DNA of 64,000 nucleotides from Selaginella moellendorffii. Lineage: Eukaryota > Plantae > Lycopodiophyta. Position 1 is the first letter of the stretch; every line of letters starts with the position of its first letter. Below are positions 24,871 to 36,796 of the stretch, in pieces. The DNA is taken from the NCBI RefSeq assembly GCF_000143415.4, contig NW_003314294.1, positions 1,490,014 to 1,554,013 of the forward strand, in the 5' to 3' direction. The notes beneath the pieces are model-generated. The model did no database searches. It was not told the origin of the DNA and was given only the letters and a program-made list of their open reading frames with translations. The position numbers and the translations under genes are program-made.

Positions 24871-27800
24871 ATGGCCTTCAGGGTTGGGGAAAAGGTTTAC
24901 ATTTTGAATGGTGGGAAGAGAGTTGCAAAAGGGACCCTTGTGTCTATGGATCGGAACTTTGTTATACACTGTCAAAGGCTTGGGGAAGGCAATGCTGCTG
25001 TATCAGTAGAGACTGTCTTCGATGGGAATGTGGTCGCTATTGAACGAGGAGAGATGGTCGTCGGGGTAAATGTTGTTGTTGCCTTGAAAAATCTTCAGAA
25101 GAAAGCAGATGTTGGGGACAGCGCAAGTGCGACGCATGTTCCCTCCGTGGATCTTAAGAACCGTGCTACATGGATTCAGGCAAAGGTGTTTCTAAACAAC
25201 CCCGAGGGGGAGGTGGTAGCTGAGGGCTTAGCCACAGCTGTCGATCCAAGAGATGCGGTTGCTAATCAAGAATTGGGCTGGGATGATATTGGAGTTGCAA
25301 TTTTAGAGGTTGTTGACACAGAAGAAAACAGTTTGACTATTGGAAGCATTGTGCGGTGGAAATTGAGGCACTTAGTGTTTGAGAATGTGAAGGATTCACA
25401 ATCAAACACAACTACAACTGATGACAGAACATCTCTTCATGGGAATTGAAAGTACACCTTCCTAAAGCGCAGCCAAAGGGATCTGAGCAACGAACCGAAA
25501 AGGCAGAAAATGGCGATGGAGGTTCGAATGGTCTCGACAGTTGCTTGTTGCAAGAGGAGGTGCTGTCAACATGCTGATTGGGATGCTATTGAAGAGGAGA
25601 GAGCAAGATACAAGACATTGTCCTGGAAGGCAGCTTGCAATTTTGTGTATGAGGCATTACGGTCATCTGTTGATGCTTCAGAACATCAGGTGGGGGGCAT
25701 GGTCTTCCAGAGGGGTTTGGTCTGCATGAAGGCATGGAGAATCATTTATGGAGTCCCTCGAACCACATTCTACAGAATCAAAACTGAGTTCGAGGAACAA
25801 AGGGTTCAACAGGCAGTCCATGGGAACGACGGTACGCACAAAACCAGGGGTCATGTTGTATATGGAGAGGCAATCTTCAAGAGGTTTGTCGAGACATGTA
25901 GCGAGCAGCAACCACATAAAACCCGCTTCTTGGAAGATGGAACACGAGACACCCAACGAGTTCTCCCTTCCATGTATACCAAGGGGGCCATATTGGAAGA
26001 TGTGAATCGGGAACTCCAGAGTAATGGCTACAGGAAGCTGAGCCAATCTAGATTTAGTAGATTGTGGAGCAACAGGTTCAGGGATGTGAGTATAGGAAAG
26101 TACTCCAGCTTTTCAAAGTGTGACGAGTGCACTGCTATCAAAATGGCTTTGTCGAAGAATTCTTGCAGCGCTCAAGAGCGAGAGACGTTGGTTAAAAGGC
26201 GGCTCGACCACAACATCGAGCAGAGAAGCTGCAGGACTGCATATTATCATAACAGGATTCTCTCCATGGAGAGACCTGACTCTTACCTCTGCATCATCCA
26301 CGACAAAATGGACCAGAAAAAGACATGCTTACCTCGACTCAATCCTGCCCCCAAGGCAATCTCTTCATCCATGCAGCTGCCTGTGTCTCTGTTTGGCATA
26401 ATCGCTCATGGGCATGGTGCCCAGAACTATGGGAACTTCTTTGTACCTCTATGGGGTGGCAGGGGTGCAAACATGATGATTGCGTCCCTAGCAAAACACT
26501 TAAGGTCTCTGCAAAGTGCGTAGACTGAGCTGAACGGCCAACCCTTGCATAAGGCCCTTGTCGATCGAACCCCATACAGGGTTCAGCTGGAGGAGGAGCA
26601 AAGGCTTGCAGTATCACGTGGGGCCCCATGCCATCCCAGTGAATATGTTGGCCGTCAGATTGTAGGGTTATCACGTGAGGCCTCATGCCATTCCGACAAG
26701 GCTGGTCGCCCGGTGAATGCACAGCCTCATCCAAACGAAGCAGAATCTCAAGGAAGTTCTTGCGGCCGATGTGGCCTTCCACCCCATCTTCTGCTCCAAA
26801 CAGACAATGCTGGCAGTGAGAACAAAAACATGTACGTCTTCGCGTACTTGGCGATGCTTGTTGCCAAAGGCATATTTGAAACGGTTACACTTGGCTTTCT
26901 CATGGTTGGGCACACTCATGAAGACGTCGATGCCATGTTCAGTCACCTGGCAGAGTCCCTCCGGCAATCCAATGTCCTCACCCTCCCACAACTCTACGAT
27001 GAATTCCAAAATTGCATCAAAGGCACTGTTGAAGCTGCACTTCTGACAGAGGTTCCAGACTTTAAGGGGTTTGTAAGAGGCTACATCAGGGACGGATCCG
27101 AAACGCTGATTGGCCACTCCAAGCCTCTTCAGTTTCATTTCAGCATGTGTGACGGTGCTCCAGTGATGAGGTACAAGATGAGAGAATGGGACACAGTGTG
27201 GCTGCCAGTGGACGGCATTGAACTCTTCAAGAGAGATCCCATAACTGGGGAACCTATGATTCCTCAGGGTTCCCCACGACCGATGCACCCGGATGGACTC
27301 AAAGACCAGGAAAGTATAGTGGCCGGGATTAGACAGCATATTGCCTTCTGGAAGAGGGGGTTGGTGTTTGGTGGAGAATCCTATTTTCAGAGGTGCAAGC
27401 CTTTGCTCGAATACTGGGAGAAGATTATATCTGCTATCCAAAATGGGCCGGTTGTATATGAAGAATTGGAAGAGTCCTTTTGGCCAGAACCTAGAGCACC
27501 AGATAGTAGCGGAACAATGTCCTCTGGAAATGCAGTGACAGATAACGATGTTGAGGATCACTATTGTGGGCCGAGGAACAAGAAGCCGGATTCAGCATTC
27601 AATCCAGTACAGGTCTGCAAAGGAATGGTCGTGCTTGTCAGACCCAGTAATAAAAAACAAATGATATGGGTGGGGCGCTGCATCACTGATGCAAAGGAGG
27701 ACGCAGAAACTAACTCCTTCAATGTAACTGTGGAGTGGTTCAAGCCAAGTTCCGGATATACGAACGATTGCCTAGAAAAGAGATGGGTGCTGAATCCAAG

Positions 27801-28012
27801 GGATCCCAGCATGAGCATATCGGTGGATAATGTTGTGCATGGTTGGATGCGGAAGCAGAGTGCCACCATCACCTTGCCAGACCATGCAAGAGATGCAGCA
27901 AGAGCATTCATAACCCGGGTTCAAGGTGAGATTCATGAATATTCCTTTACTAAGTTTCTAATGTATTTTATTTCAAGGTGAACAATCCGAATCTGAATCA
28001 GAGGAGGCGTGA
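24871..28012 (+). pseudogene. Sola-like DDD transposase with two premature stops (25447 TGA, 26521 TAG) and a terminal intron 27926-27977
   Basis: The three ORFs are in one frame; motifs 'KCDEC', 'HDKMDQKKT.LP', 'LQTDNAGSENKN', 'FLMVGHTHEDVDAMFS'; both stops can be explained by single transitions. Confidence 0.8.
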
Positions 28013-28650
28013 TGGCATGTGGCCTTACGCTATTCCTAGGTGAGATGATACAAATAACAAGTATAAATTTTTAGTTGTTCTAGCAAATCTTACTTAAAGT
28101 TCAAGGTGAACAAGCCGAATATGAATTCATCGGATTGTTATAACAAATTGCGAGGTGATGGCATGAGGCGATACGCCATTTGAGAGTGGTAGCCATTCCT
28201 ATATGAGGTGAGTGAAGTATTTATTAGAAATACCTCATTCAATTGTGCACTTCTAAGTCTTGGTCCACTTAGTACTGTTTGCATGTTTTTATTTTAATTC
28301 TTTCTCTAAAATGTTATTTAGCATGTGGCTTCATGCCATTGCTCTCCACAATCATGCATTGAATTTCTATCCTTGCATAATACTTCTCCATATATATAGC
28401 ATGTGCGCACATGTGATATGGTTCATTAGGCCTGATATAGTGTGTGAGGTAAAACAAAGATGATGTGACATATGCATTTACCAATCACACGTGCATAAAT
28501 CTAATAATATGGCGTGTGGCCCATATTAATGGCACATAATTCCATATTGTGGGCTTACGTGCTTTATGTACCATCATTCCCTTGCAGCGAGTGTGTTGGT
28601 TTCCTTTTATAACACAACGAACTCCATATTTTAGGGTGAAGAGCGTTCTC

Positions 28651-28908
28651 ATGGCAAGCACAAAATCTGTAAGTGAGGCAGAAAAGGAGACGGAGAAGGA
28701 GATAGGTGAAGATGTAGAATATATAAGTCTTCCAAACTCCCCGTACTATACTCCAGGTGATCATTTTTCTAAACAAACGGCAACATTAACAACTATCGAG
28801 AATGCCCCAGTAACGTCAGAGACAACAATCCAAAGCAAAACAACTGACCCAGAGAAGGATGATAGTACCGCTGAGAGTACCAAAAAGGAGGTGTCCACTA
28901 GCGCTTAG
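28651..28908 (+). CDS. Short Ser/Thr/Glu-rich ORF or exon inside the transposon, function unknown
   Basis: 85-aa ORF after a TTTTAG acceptor-like site, flanked by palindrome copies. Confidence 0.3.
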   Translation: MASTKSVSEAEKETEKEIGEDVEYISLPNSPYYTPGDHFSKQTATLTTIENAPVTSETTIQSKTTDPEKDDSTAESTKKEVSTSA

Positions 28909-29568
28909 GCTTATAATGGCGTGTGCCCTCATGCCATTTACTTGATCACCAAATACCTTTTTCCCTTTGCACTAGTATATTTTAATACCGGTCTGAGAAA
29001 TAGAATGGCATGTGCCCTCAGGCCTTTTACTAAATCACCTTTGAAAGAAATGCAAGCCTCTATGTCGTAAAAAAAAGGTACTAGAGAAATTCCTTAATAA
29101 TATGAATGTTACTTAGTTTCATGAAAATACACTAAGGGTCAAATGAGTTAAATGACTTCTCCAGACTAGCAATGCCTCTTGCTACACCTTCACAAATAGA
29201 TTCGTTAGAAAAAGATAACATTGAATAATATCTAAATGTTCTCACCATTAAGTTATATGTCTGGCTAATAGGAATGACGTTCATCTTGGAAAGCTCACCA
29301 CACGCTCAATGAACAAACAAATAGTGTGTGCGCGCATGCCATCGCTCTTCTTTAGCTTCAGATTCGGCTTGTTCACCTTGACAATGAGATTTATTATACA
29401 ACCAGATGGACTCAGTCTGGACATAAAGTCACCGCGCTAGTCACCATGCCCCAGATATGTCTAGCCCTTGGACAAAAAACATATAATTTCACGTCATTTT
29501 CAAATACTTGAAAATTTGTACCTAGTCCCATTTTACTGAATAAATCCCACTTTAACGAAATAGAGCAT

Positions 29569-32500
29569 AAATGTAGAGATTGGCCTAAACACAATGGTGT
29601 TTGTCTTGTGTCCAAATTCACAATCTAGGAACATTCCATATTTAGTAAGTTTCAAGCTTGTCCCAGAGATTAACTCCTGGTACTAAGGGAGGTTTCGGGT
29701 GAAAGCCTAAAGCGTGTTCCTCAAAAGGGGGGGGATTTGGGGGTTTCTAAATGTATAGTAGGGATAGTGGTTAGATTGCATGTCCGACCACATAAGACAT
29801 TAATTTGGCTCCCGTTGGGCTGTGTCGCTCCTTGTTCTGCGTTTGGCTTGGGTCTAAACCCAAGCTCCACACTACTCTAGTCGGTGGGGTACCCTTCTCC
29901 TCACGTTAGGCCATCAGTATGCCAAAATTGTGCCAAACTCCATCTAACACCATTTTCCATGTAGGTGCTGGATATGGGGAGTTGGTGCTTGTGAGATTGT
30001 ACCAGACCCTCATTTCGTAGCGCAACGGGCTTGGAGTTCGGCTCCAAATTCAGGTGCGCTACATTTGGTATTAGAGAAATTGTCTCAGTGATTCCTATCC
30101 AACTTTTGTCGGATTTTTTGACTCAAGTTGCATACATAGAGACTTTTCTAGTAGATCCAAAGTGACCTGTGTAGGATTAGTTGGATTGCACCATTTAGTA
30201 AGAATGTTGTATGCATGTTTTGTTACTGATAGAGGCATGCATGCAGTTAGCAGGATGGTGAAACGAAACTGTGCTGATGATGTTGAAATCTTTAGACAAG
30301 TGAATCAAGAGGAGGAAACTCCTACTAGAGATGCTGCAAAAGAGGCTAAGGCTGAGTCAGAAGAGGAAGAGCCAGATGCTGCGGTGCTGCAGTGTATGGC
30401 TTAGCAAGTCAAGATCAAGAATTTGCGAAGGGAGATTCGCAAATTGAAGAAGGAGAACAAGAAGAGGAAGAAAGAAGCTAAGGCAGCTAAACCAGCTAAA
30501 CCTAAGCAACCGGACTCCTCTTCAAGTTCTGAGGACGATGAAGTTTTGCAACTGCCCCCAGTTGCACAAATTTCAAAGTTCAAGCCTCCAAAACCACCCA
30601 ATTTCAGGGGCATATGGGATTATTAGGTTTTGGAAGACTGAGTCTACGATATGGAAAATTATTTCATAGTGGCAGACGTAGATGATCGTACGAAATTTGC
30701 ATGCATGCAATCCTTTCTCACCGATCATGCCAAAACTTGGTGGCGCCAAGTGTGTGGTGAAAAAAAGCAGACTAGAAGCTGGACCAAGATGCGGTCTCGT
30801 ATCTGTAAGGAATACTTGCTAGATGATCTTGGTTTGAGACTTTGCGCAGAGTTGCGGCGGTTAAAGCAACGACGGGACCTCATGCATTATGTTAATGCGT
30901 TTGCTCAAAAGCGCATTATAATTGCAAATATAAATGATGAAGATGCTCAAAGTTATTTCCTAGAAGGTTTAAGTTCACTTTCTCGCAATGAGATTTTGAA
31001 GTTTAAGCCGAAGACATACCTTGAGTGTAAGGAGGCAGTGCAGTAAGTTGCCTTTAGTCACTCGCTCATGGAACAATATCAGCAACCGTATGCTGGTAAT
31101 TTGGATAAGAAAAGGAATTCTAGGAACAAACAAGGTAATCAGAAACAGAGGGTGGAAGGTAGGTTCTGCCTTGGAGGCTCACAAGCAACGGTTAACAAAG
31201 GTGGTGGTGGTTGGAGACCACCAACAGCTTCTTTTGGTCCTAGGCCCTCTGTTCCTCCTCCTGGTGGGTACAAGTAGTAGCAATTTGCAAAACCTACTCC
31301 TAGCGGAACAGGTAGTGTGAGTCATTGCTTCCATTGTGGAGATTCAGGACATAGGTCCTCAGAATGTCCCAATAAGCATAAGATAAGGTCTCGGGTTAAT
31401 GTCATGAGGGAAGATGGTGGTGGCGAAGCTGAAGGGGTTGACGAGTTGGTCAATACAGACTATGAGGAAGAGCAGCCAGCCTTTGACATGCGTAAGCCGT
31501 CAGAACTTTGTTCCGATAGGATCTGTATACGTCAAGTGCCTGTTAACCTCCTCCGTATGGATCCTTGCGATAAAAGGGGTGCAGAACTCCATCGCCACCG
31601 TAAACGCTAGGAAAAGAACAGCCAGTTCCATATATGGTAACACCGGGTCCAAATTCACCATGTTCCTGTGTATCAAATTTTTTAAATCTTGAAATTTTGG
31701 ATCCTGTTTGTAGCGCCACACAAGCATCTTCCAGTCTAACTTCTGCAGGACAGAATGTTATTTTCATTGCTTTCCTCAAGCTTTTCTTGCAGTCAATGCA
31801 AACACTGATCCGTTGATGTATTTGGTAGGCTTTGTCCACAAACACCAAATCTGAGTAATGATTGACACGGGAGTTATGCACAGCGTGATATCCAAAGACT
31901 TAGTTAAGTTGTTAGGAATGAATGCTGAGCAAATATCGCTTATGCACTTCCAGTTTGTGGAAGGTGGGCAAGTAGCCAGAAAGTTTGTGAGAGATGTTCC
32001 AATAAAAATATCCAATTGGAAAGAAAGAGTGGACTTGGTAGTGTTGAAGATACCAGATTTTCAGATGGTGTTTGGTATGGACTTCTTCAACAAATATATA
32101 AAAGGGATTTATGGTGCTGGACAAAGTCGTATCACATTGAAGTCTAGAAGGACATCCCGATGTGTCCTTCCAGTTGCAAAAGCGCTCTCAAAGGATTGGG
32201 ATGCTAAGTTCTTAACTGCGAGGGCCGCTCAAAAAACAGCTAAGAAGGGATGTCGGACCTTTTAGGTTCAAGTGATGGAAGTTGAGGGTATTGGTGACTC
32301 AGTTCGAATTGGCAATGGGGTTGATCCTATACCAAAGAAGATATTGGAGTTGTTGGCGAGGAATCAGGATATCTTCCTGAAGGATTTACTGCTAAGGCTA
32401 CCTCCTAGCCGTGAGGTTGATCATCGAATTAAGGTTAGTCTAGGTTCTAAGCCACCTATGAAAGCTCCATATCGTTTGAACATCAAGGAGATGGTTGAAC

Positions 32501-35500
32501 TCAAGAAGCAACTCACGGAGCTTCTTGACAAAGGTCATATCTGACCAAGCAAGTCACCTATGGCATGCCAGTCCTTTTTATTATGAAAAAGGATAGAACT
32601 ATGAGGATATGTATTGACTATTGGGCATTCAACAAGATCACGGTCAAAAATAGTTATCCTTTGCCTCGCATTGATGACTTGTTTGACCAACTCTTAAAGG
32701 CTATGTATTTTACGCTACTTGATTTGCGGTCCGGGTATCATCAGATATGGGTGGCGGATCAGGATGTGGAGAAGACAACCTTTAAGACTTAGTATGGATC
32801 TTATGAGTTCCTTGTCATGCCGTTTGGGTTATGTAATGCTCCGGCAACGTTCAACACTATAATGGATAGAATATTCAGAGATTATTTGGATGCATTTGTT
32901 GTCCTATATATCGACGATGTTCTAGTCTTCAGTGAAATGTTGGAGGATCATTTGAAACACTTGGAGCTGGTGTTTCAGAAACTGCGTGAACACCAATTAT
33001 ATGCTGAGGAAAGTAAATGCACTTTTGGACAATTACGCATAAACTTTCTCAGTCATATAGTTGATGGTGGTGTAATTGAGGTTGATCTAAAGAAAGTGGA
33101 AGTGGTGAAGTTCTGGGAAGTCCCGACCACTATATCAGATATTCGTTCCTTTCTCGGTTTGGTTGGATACTATCGTAAGTTTGTTCGCAATTTTGCAAGA
33201 ATTGCTCTTCCATTGACTGAGTTGATGAAGAGTAGTATTCCGTTTCATTGGACACCAGCTTGTCAACATGCTTTTGTATGGTTGAAGGAGATCTTGACTA
33301 CAGTTCTTGTTCTCAGGATCCCAGATCTTGATAAACCCTTTGAAGTGTATTGTGATGCATCTGGCTATGCTATTGGTGCCATATTGTAGCAAGATTGTGA
33401 CAAAGCAGTTGGTGTTACGCTAAGGCGACATGGTTGTCCCGTTGTGTTCTATTCCAAAAAATTGGATGAAACTCAACGAAGATGGCCAACGCATGAGAAA
33501 GAGATGTTTGCTATAGTGTCGGCCCTGGAACACTAGAGACACTACTTGGATGGACATACCAAGGTTTATATAAATAGTAACACACTAAGCTACTTTGCTA
33601 CGCAGCCTAAACTTATGCCGAAGCAGTCTCGTTGGCAAGAGAAGCTTGCCAGATATGATATTGAAATCATATATAAACTTGGTAAAAACAATATTGTCCC
33701 AGATGCATTGAGTCATCAGGCTCAGTTTCGAGCAATATTGGTAATCAGTTTGGACTAGTTAGAGGATGTTCCGGCTTTGTATGGAAGTGATCCATTAGCG
33801 AAGGCAATCTTACACTGTGTGGAGTTGTCGAAGTAGAACCCTAGTAGCGAAGCAATGAAAGTTGCTAGTCGAACCAATGTGAAGCTTCACTACTTGGTTT
33901 GGGATGGGCTTATATTCTATAAGCAAGAACAATTGTATCTTCCCTCTAAGGATCTGCAACATATGTTTCTGCGGAAACATCATGATGTTCCAACAGTAGG
34001 ATATGGTGGAAAGGACTCTGGCTATGGAGGACTCTGGCTTCATTGAAAAAGGGATTTTTCTGGTTTGGTATAGAAGGCGACGTAGCGGATTATGTCCATT
34101 CTTGCCCTATATGCCAGCAATGTAAGCGCAGAATTGAGAAGCAGGCTAGAAAATTGCAATGCATTTCAGCATCGGCATGGCCATTTTAGAGTGTGACACT
34201 TGATTTTGTCACTTGCTTGTCGAAGTCTAAGGGTTATGATGCTTTGATGGTGGTTGTGGATTAGTTGTCAAAGATTGCACACTTCATTCCAACTATGGAA
34301 ATAATGAATGCGAAGCAAGCAGCAAAACTCTTTCTCCATGAAATAGTGTGGGTTTGTGGTCTTCCCGAAGAGATGATCTTGGATAAAGATTCGAGGTTTA
34401 CAGGAAAGTTTTGGGGCACATTATTCCAGTTGTTTGGTACCAAGTTGAAGTTTAGTATGGCTTATCATCCTCAAAATAATGGGCAAACCAAATGTGTGAA
34501 TGCTCAAGTTGAGGATTATCTATGGTACTATGTCGCAGTAGACCAACGCGATTAGGTTGAGCATTTGGACACAGCAAAAATCTGTTGTAACAACATATTT
34601 CACAACGTTATAGGCTGTTCTCCATGGGAGATGTTGCAAGGGAATGCTCGTGGGGTTCCTCAACAAATTATTGTATCGAAACCAATGACTAAAGTGTTGG
34701 TCCCGGCCGTTGAGACTTATGTGGAGCAGCTACGCCAAGGTTGGTCTAGGGCTATTGAGGCGATGGGCAAAGCTCAGGATAGGTATCGACGTGGTAAGGA
34801 TCAGTATTGTCAGGATGTATCCTATCAAGTGGGAGATCAGGTGTGGCTATCTTCCCAAAACTTGAACATTAAGGGATGTTTATTTCGGAAGTTGTTACTG
34901 AGATATGTTGGACCCTATTGGGTTTTAAAATGTCTTGGTGATGTATCCCTATTGGTTGGATCTGCCTGTGGAAATGTCCAATGTTCATAATGTATTTCAT
35001 GCCAATTTATTGGCTCCTTACACTATGGATGTTGCACATCAAAGGGAGATTCATCCACCACTAGACATTGTGGATGATGAACCTAAATATGAAGTAGAGG
35101 TTATTTTGGATACACGCTGGCTTAAACATGCCAAACATCAAGAGTATTTAGTTAAGTGGAAAGGTTACCCAATTTGTGAATCAACTTGGGAGCCTCTTAG
35201 TAATCTTACCCATGCTCGTGAGCTTGTCACGGAGTATAAGAATAGTAATAAAGACTAGCTTTTGTAAACTTTATAATAAATTTTGCAAATTAATAAAGTA
35301 ATATATTTCTATAAATCAACATGTCGTTCCTCTCGTTCATTAGTACTTGGGTCAGTTTTGGCAGGCTGACTTCGGTGCATAGGTCCAATCCATAACCATG
35401 AGGATAACTATTATAGATTGATTACAAGTCCCCACCTCTCTCTCCATGACTCACTTTTGAAAAGAGGTGTGGTCGTGTAAACAATTTAATTTGCCAGTTT

Positions 35501-36796
35501 ATAATACTTATCTAAATCTTCCTAATGGGGTTGATTTTTTGCTCAGGGGCAGTTAGGCCTTTGGCCTTTTCCCTATATCCCTATGGGTAGGGATGTATCA
35601 TTCCTTTATAAGTCGAGTGGTACTCGGAGCAACAAAGGTGGCTAACTCCGTTAGTCATTTCCTTGCTGGTGACAGCCGGAGGGTGTCTAAGTCTTAACGT
35701 TTTTGGACATAGAGGAGAGGTCGTTACATAACTCATTTAAGTTGGTGTGTTTCCCACATAGTGTGCTTTTCATTAACTTTAGGAGTTGTTTCCTCAACGG
35801 TTTGCTAGACTCAAGTATGCATTGATGAGGACGTCGATCTTCCCCAAAGGGGGAAGAGTGTCGTGAATGTGACTTTGGGTATCAAAAGATACTTATCAGC
35901 CAGTCCTTACAGATATAGACACTCTCTCCTTACTACCATGATGGTAGGAGGTCGGTACTGTTGGTTCCCTTTATTGGCCCCTCTTGTTCAAGTGTTAGTA
36001 AACTGGACTTAGCATCTGTACTTGGCTAGATGAGCATAAAGACGGAATTCTTAAGTGTCTATTTGGCCAAGCATACTTGGCTTGGCTTTTTAGTTCTCTT
36101 TTGCTCTATGTTGCACTGGCTTGGCAAGAACCCTCGCATATTGAGACTAATCCCTCATTATCGCTGGATGATAGCTTACCATGTCTGCCAAACTCCCTCG
36201 CTATCATACTCTTTGTGTTAGTCTCATTTCAGTTCCAAATGCTAATTATGGAAAGTGTCTAGATTCGCTCATTCAACATATCTACAGAATGTAGAGATCG
36301 GCCTAAACACAATGGTGTTCGTCCCATGTCCAAATTCACAATCTAGGAACATTCCATATTTAATAAGTTTCAAGCTTGTCCCAAAGACTAACTCCTGGTA
36401 CTAAGGGAGGCTTGGGGTAAAAGCCCAAAGCGTGTGTTCCTCAAGGCGGGGGGGGGGGGGGGGGGGGCTATAGAGGGTTCCAAATGTATAGTAGGGATAG
36501 TGGTTAGATTTCATGTCTGACCACCTGAGACATTAGTTTGGCTCCCGCTGGGCTGTGTTGCTCTTTGTTCTGCGTTTGGCATGGGTCTAAGCTTAACCTC
36601 CATGCTACTCTAGTCGGTGGGGTACCCTCCTCCTCACATTAGGCCATTAGTATGCCAAACTTGTGCCAAACTCCATCTGACACCATTTTGTGTGTAGGTG
36701 CTGGATACGGGGAGCTAGTGCTTGTAGGATTGTACTAGACCCTCGTTTCGTAGTGCAATGGGTTTGGAGTTTGGCTCCAAATTCAAGTGCGCTACA
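29569..36796 (+). mobile_element. Decayed, near full-length Ty3/gypsy chromovirus (family B): 5' LTR remnant to 30063, PBS 30064-30076, gag-pol 30250-35258, 3' LTR 35859-36796
   Basis: CFHCGDSGHRSSEC; MIDTG; YIDD; CDAS; IN 'AYHPQNNGQT'; chromodomain 'KYEVEVIL..YLVKWKGYPICESTWEP'; PPT AAAGGGGGAAGAG; many stops. Confidence 0.92.

Larger units (their letters stand above)
9084..29342. repeat. Dispersed 22-bp palindromic motif ATGGCRTG-N6-CAYGCCAT, ~28 copies including degenerate ones
   Basis: Starts at 9084, 9376, 10453, 10528, 11770, 11961, 12102, 13575, 22395, 22455, 22532, 22933, 23012, 23876, 23948, 23984, 24599, 24697, 24767, 26613, 26670, 28012, 28158, 28318, 28509, 28916, 29005, 29321. 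Confidence 0.9.
8990..29568 (+). mobile_element. Large cut-and-paste DNA transposon, Sola(1)-like, with cargo genes
   Basis: TIRs AAGCTCTATTTCGTTAAAGTGGGAATTA (8990-9017) and TAAATCCCACTTTAACGAAATAGAGCAT (29541-29568), 22 bp perfect; TSD AAAT at 8986-8989 and 29569-29572; removing it restores the host LTR without an indel; DDD-type transposase inside. Confidence 0.88.

Noticed and set aside
26339-27911. Minus-strand ORFs of 116-292 aa
   Set aside because: Antisense to the transposase, no motifs
9084-29342. Palindromic repeats as a CRISPR array
   Set aside because: Irregular spacing, degenerate copies, eukaryotic context, no cas genes
8988-29570. Alternative boundary with TSD ATAA (element 8992-29566)
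   Set aside because: Leaves 4 extra bases versus the sister LTR; AAAT with 8990-29568 restores the empty site exactly
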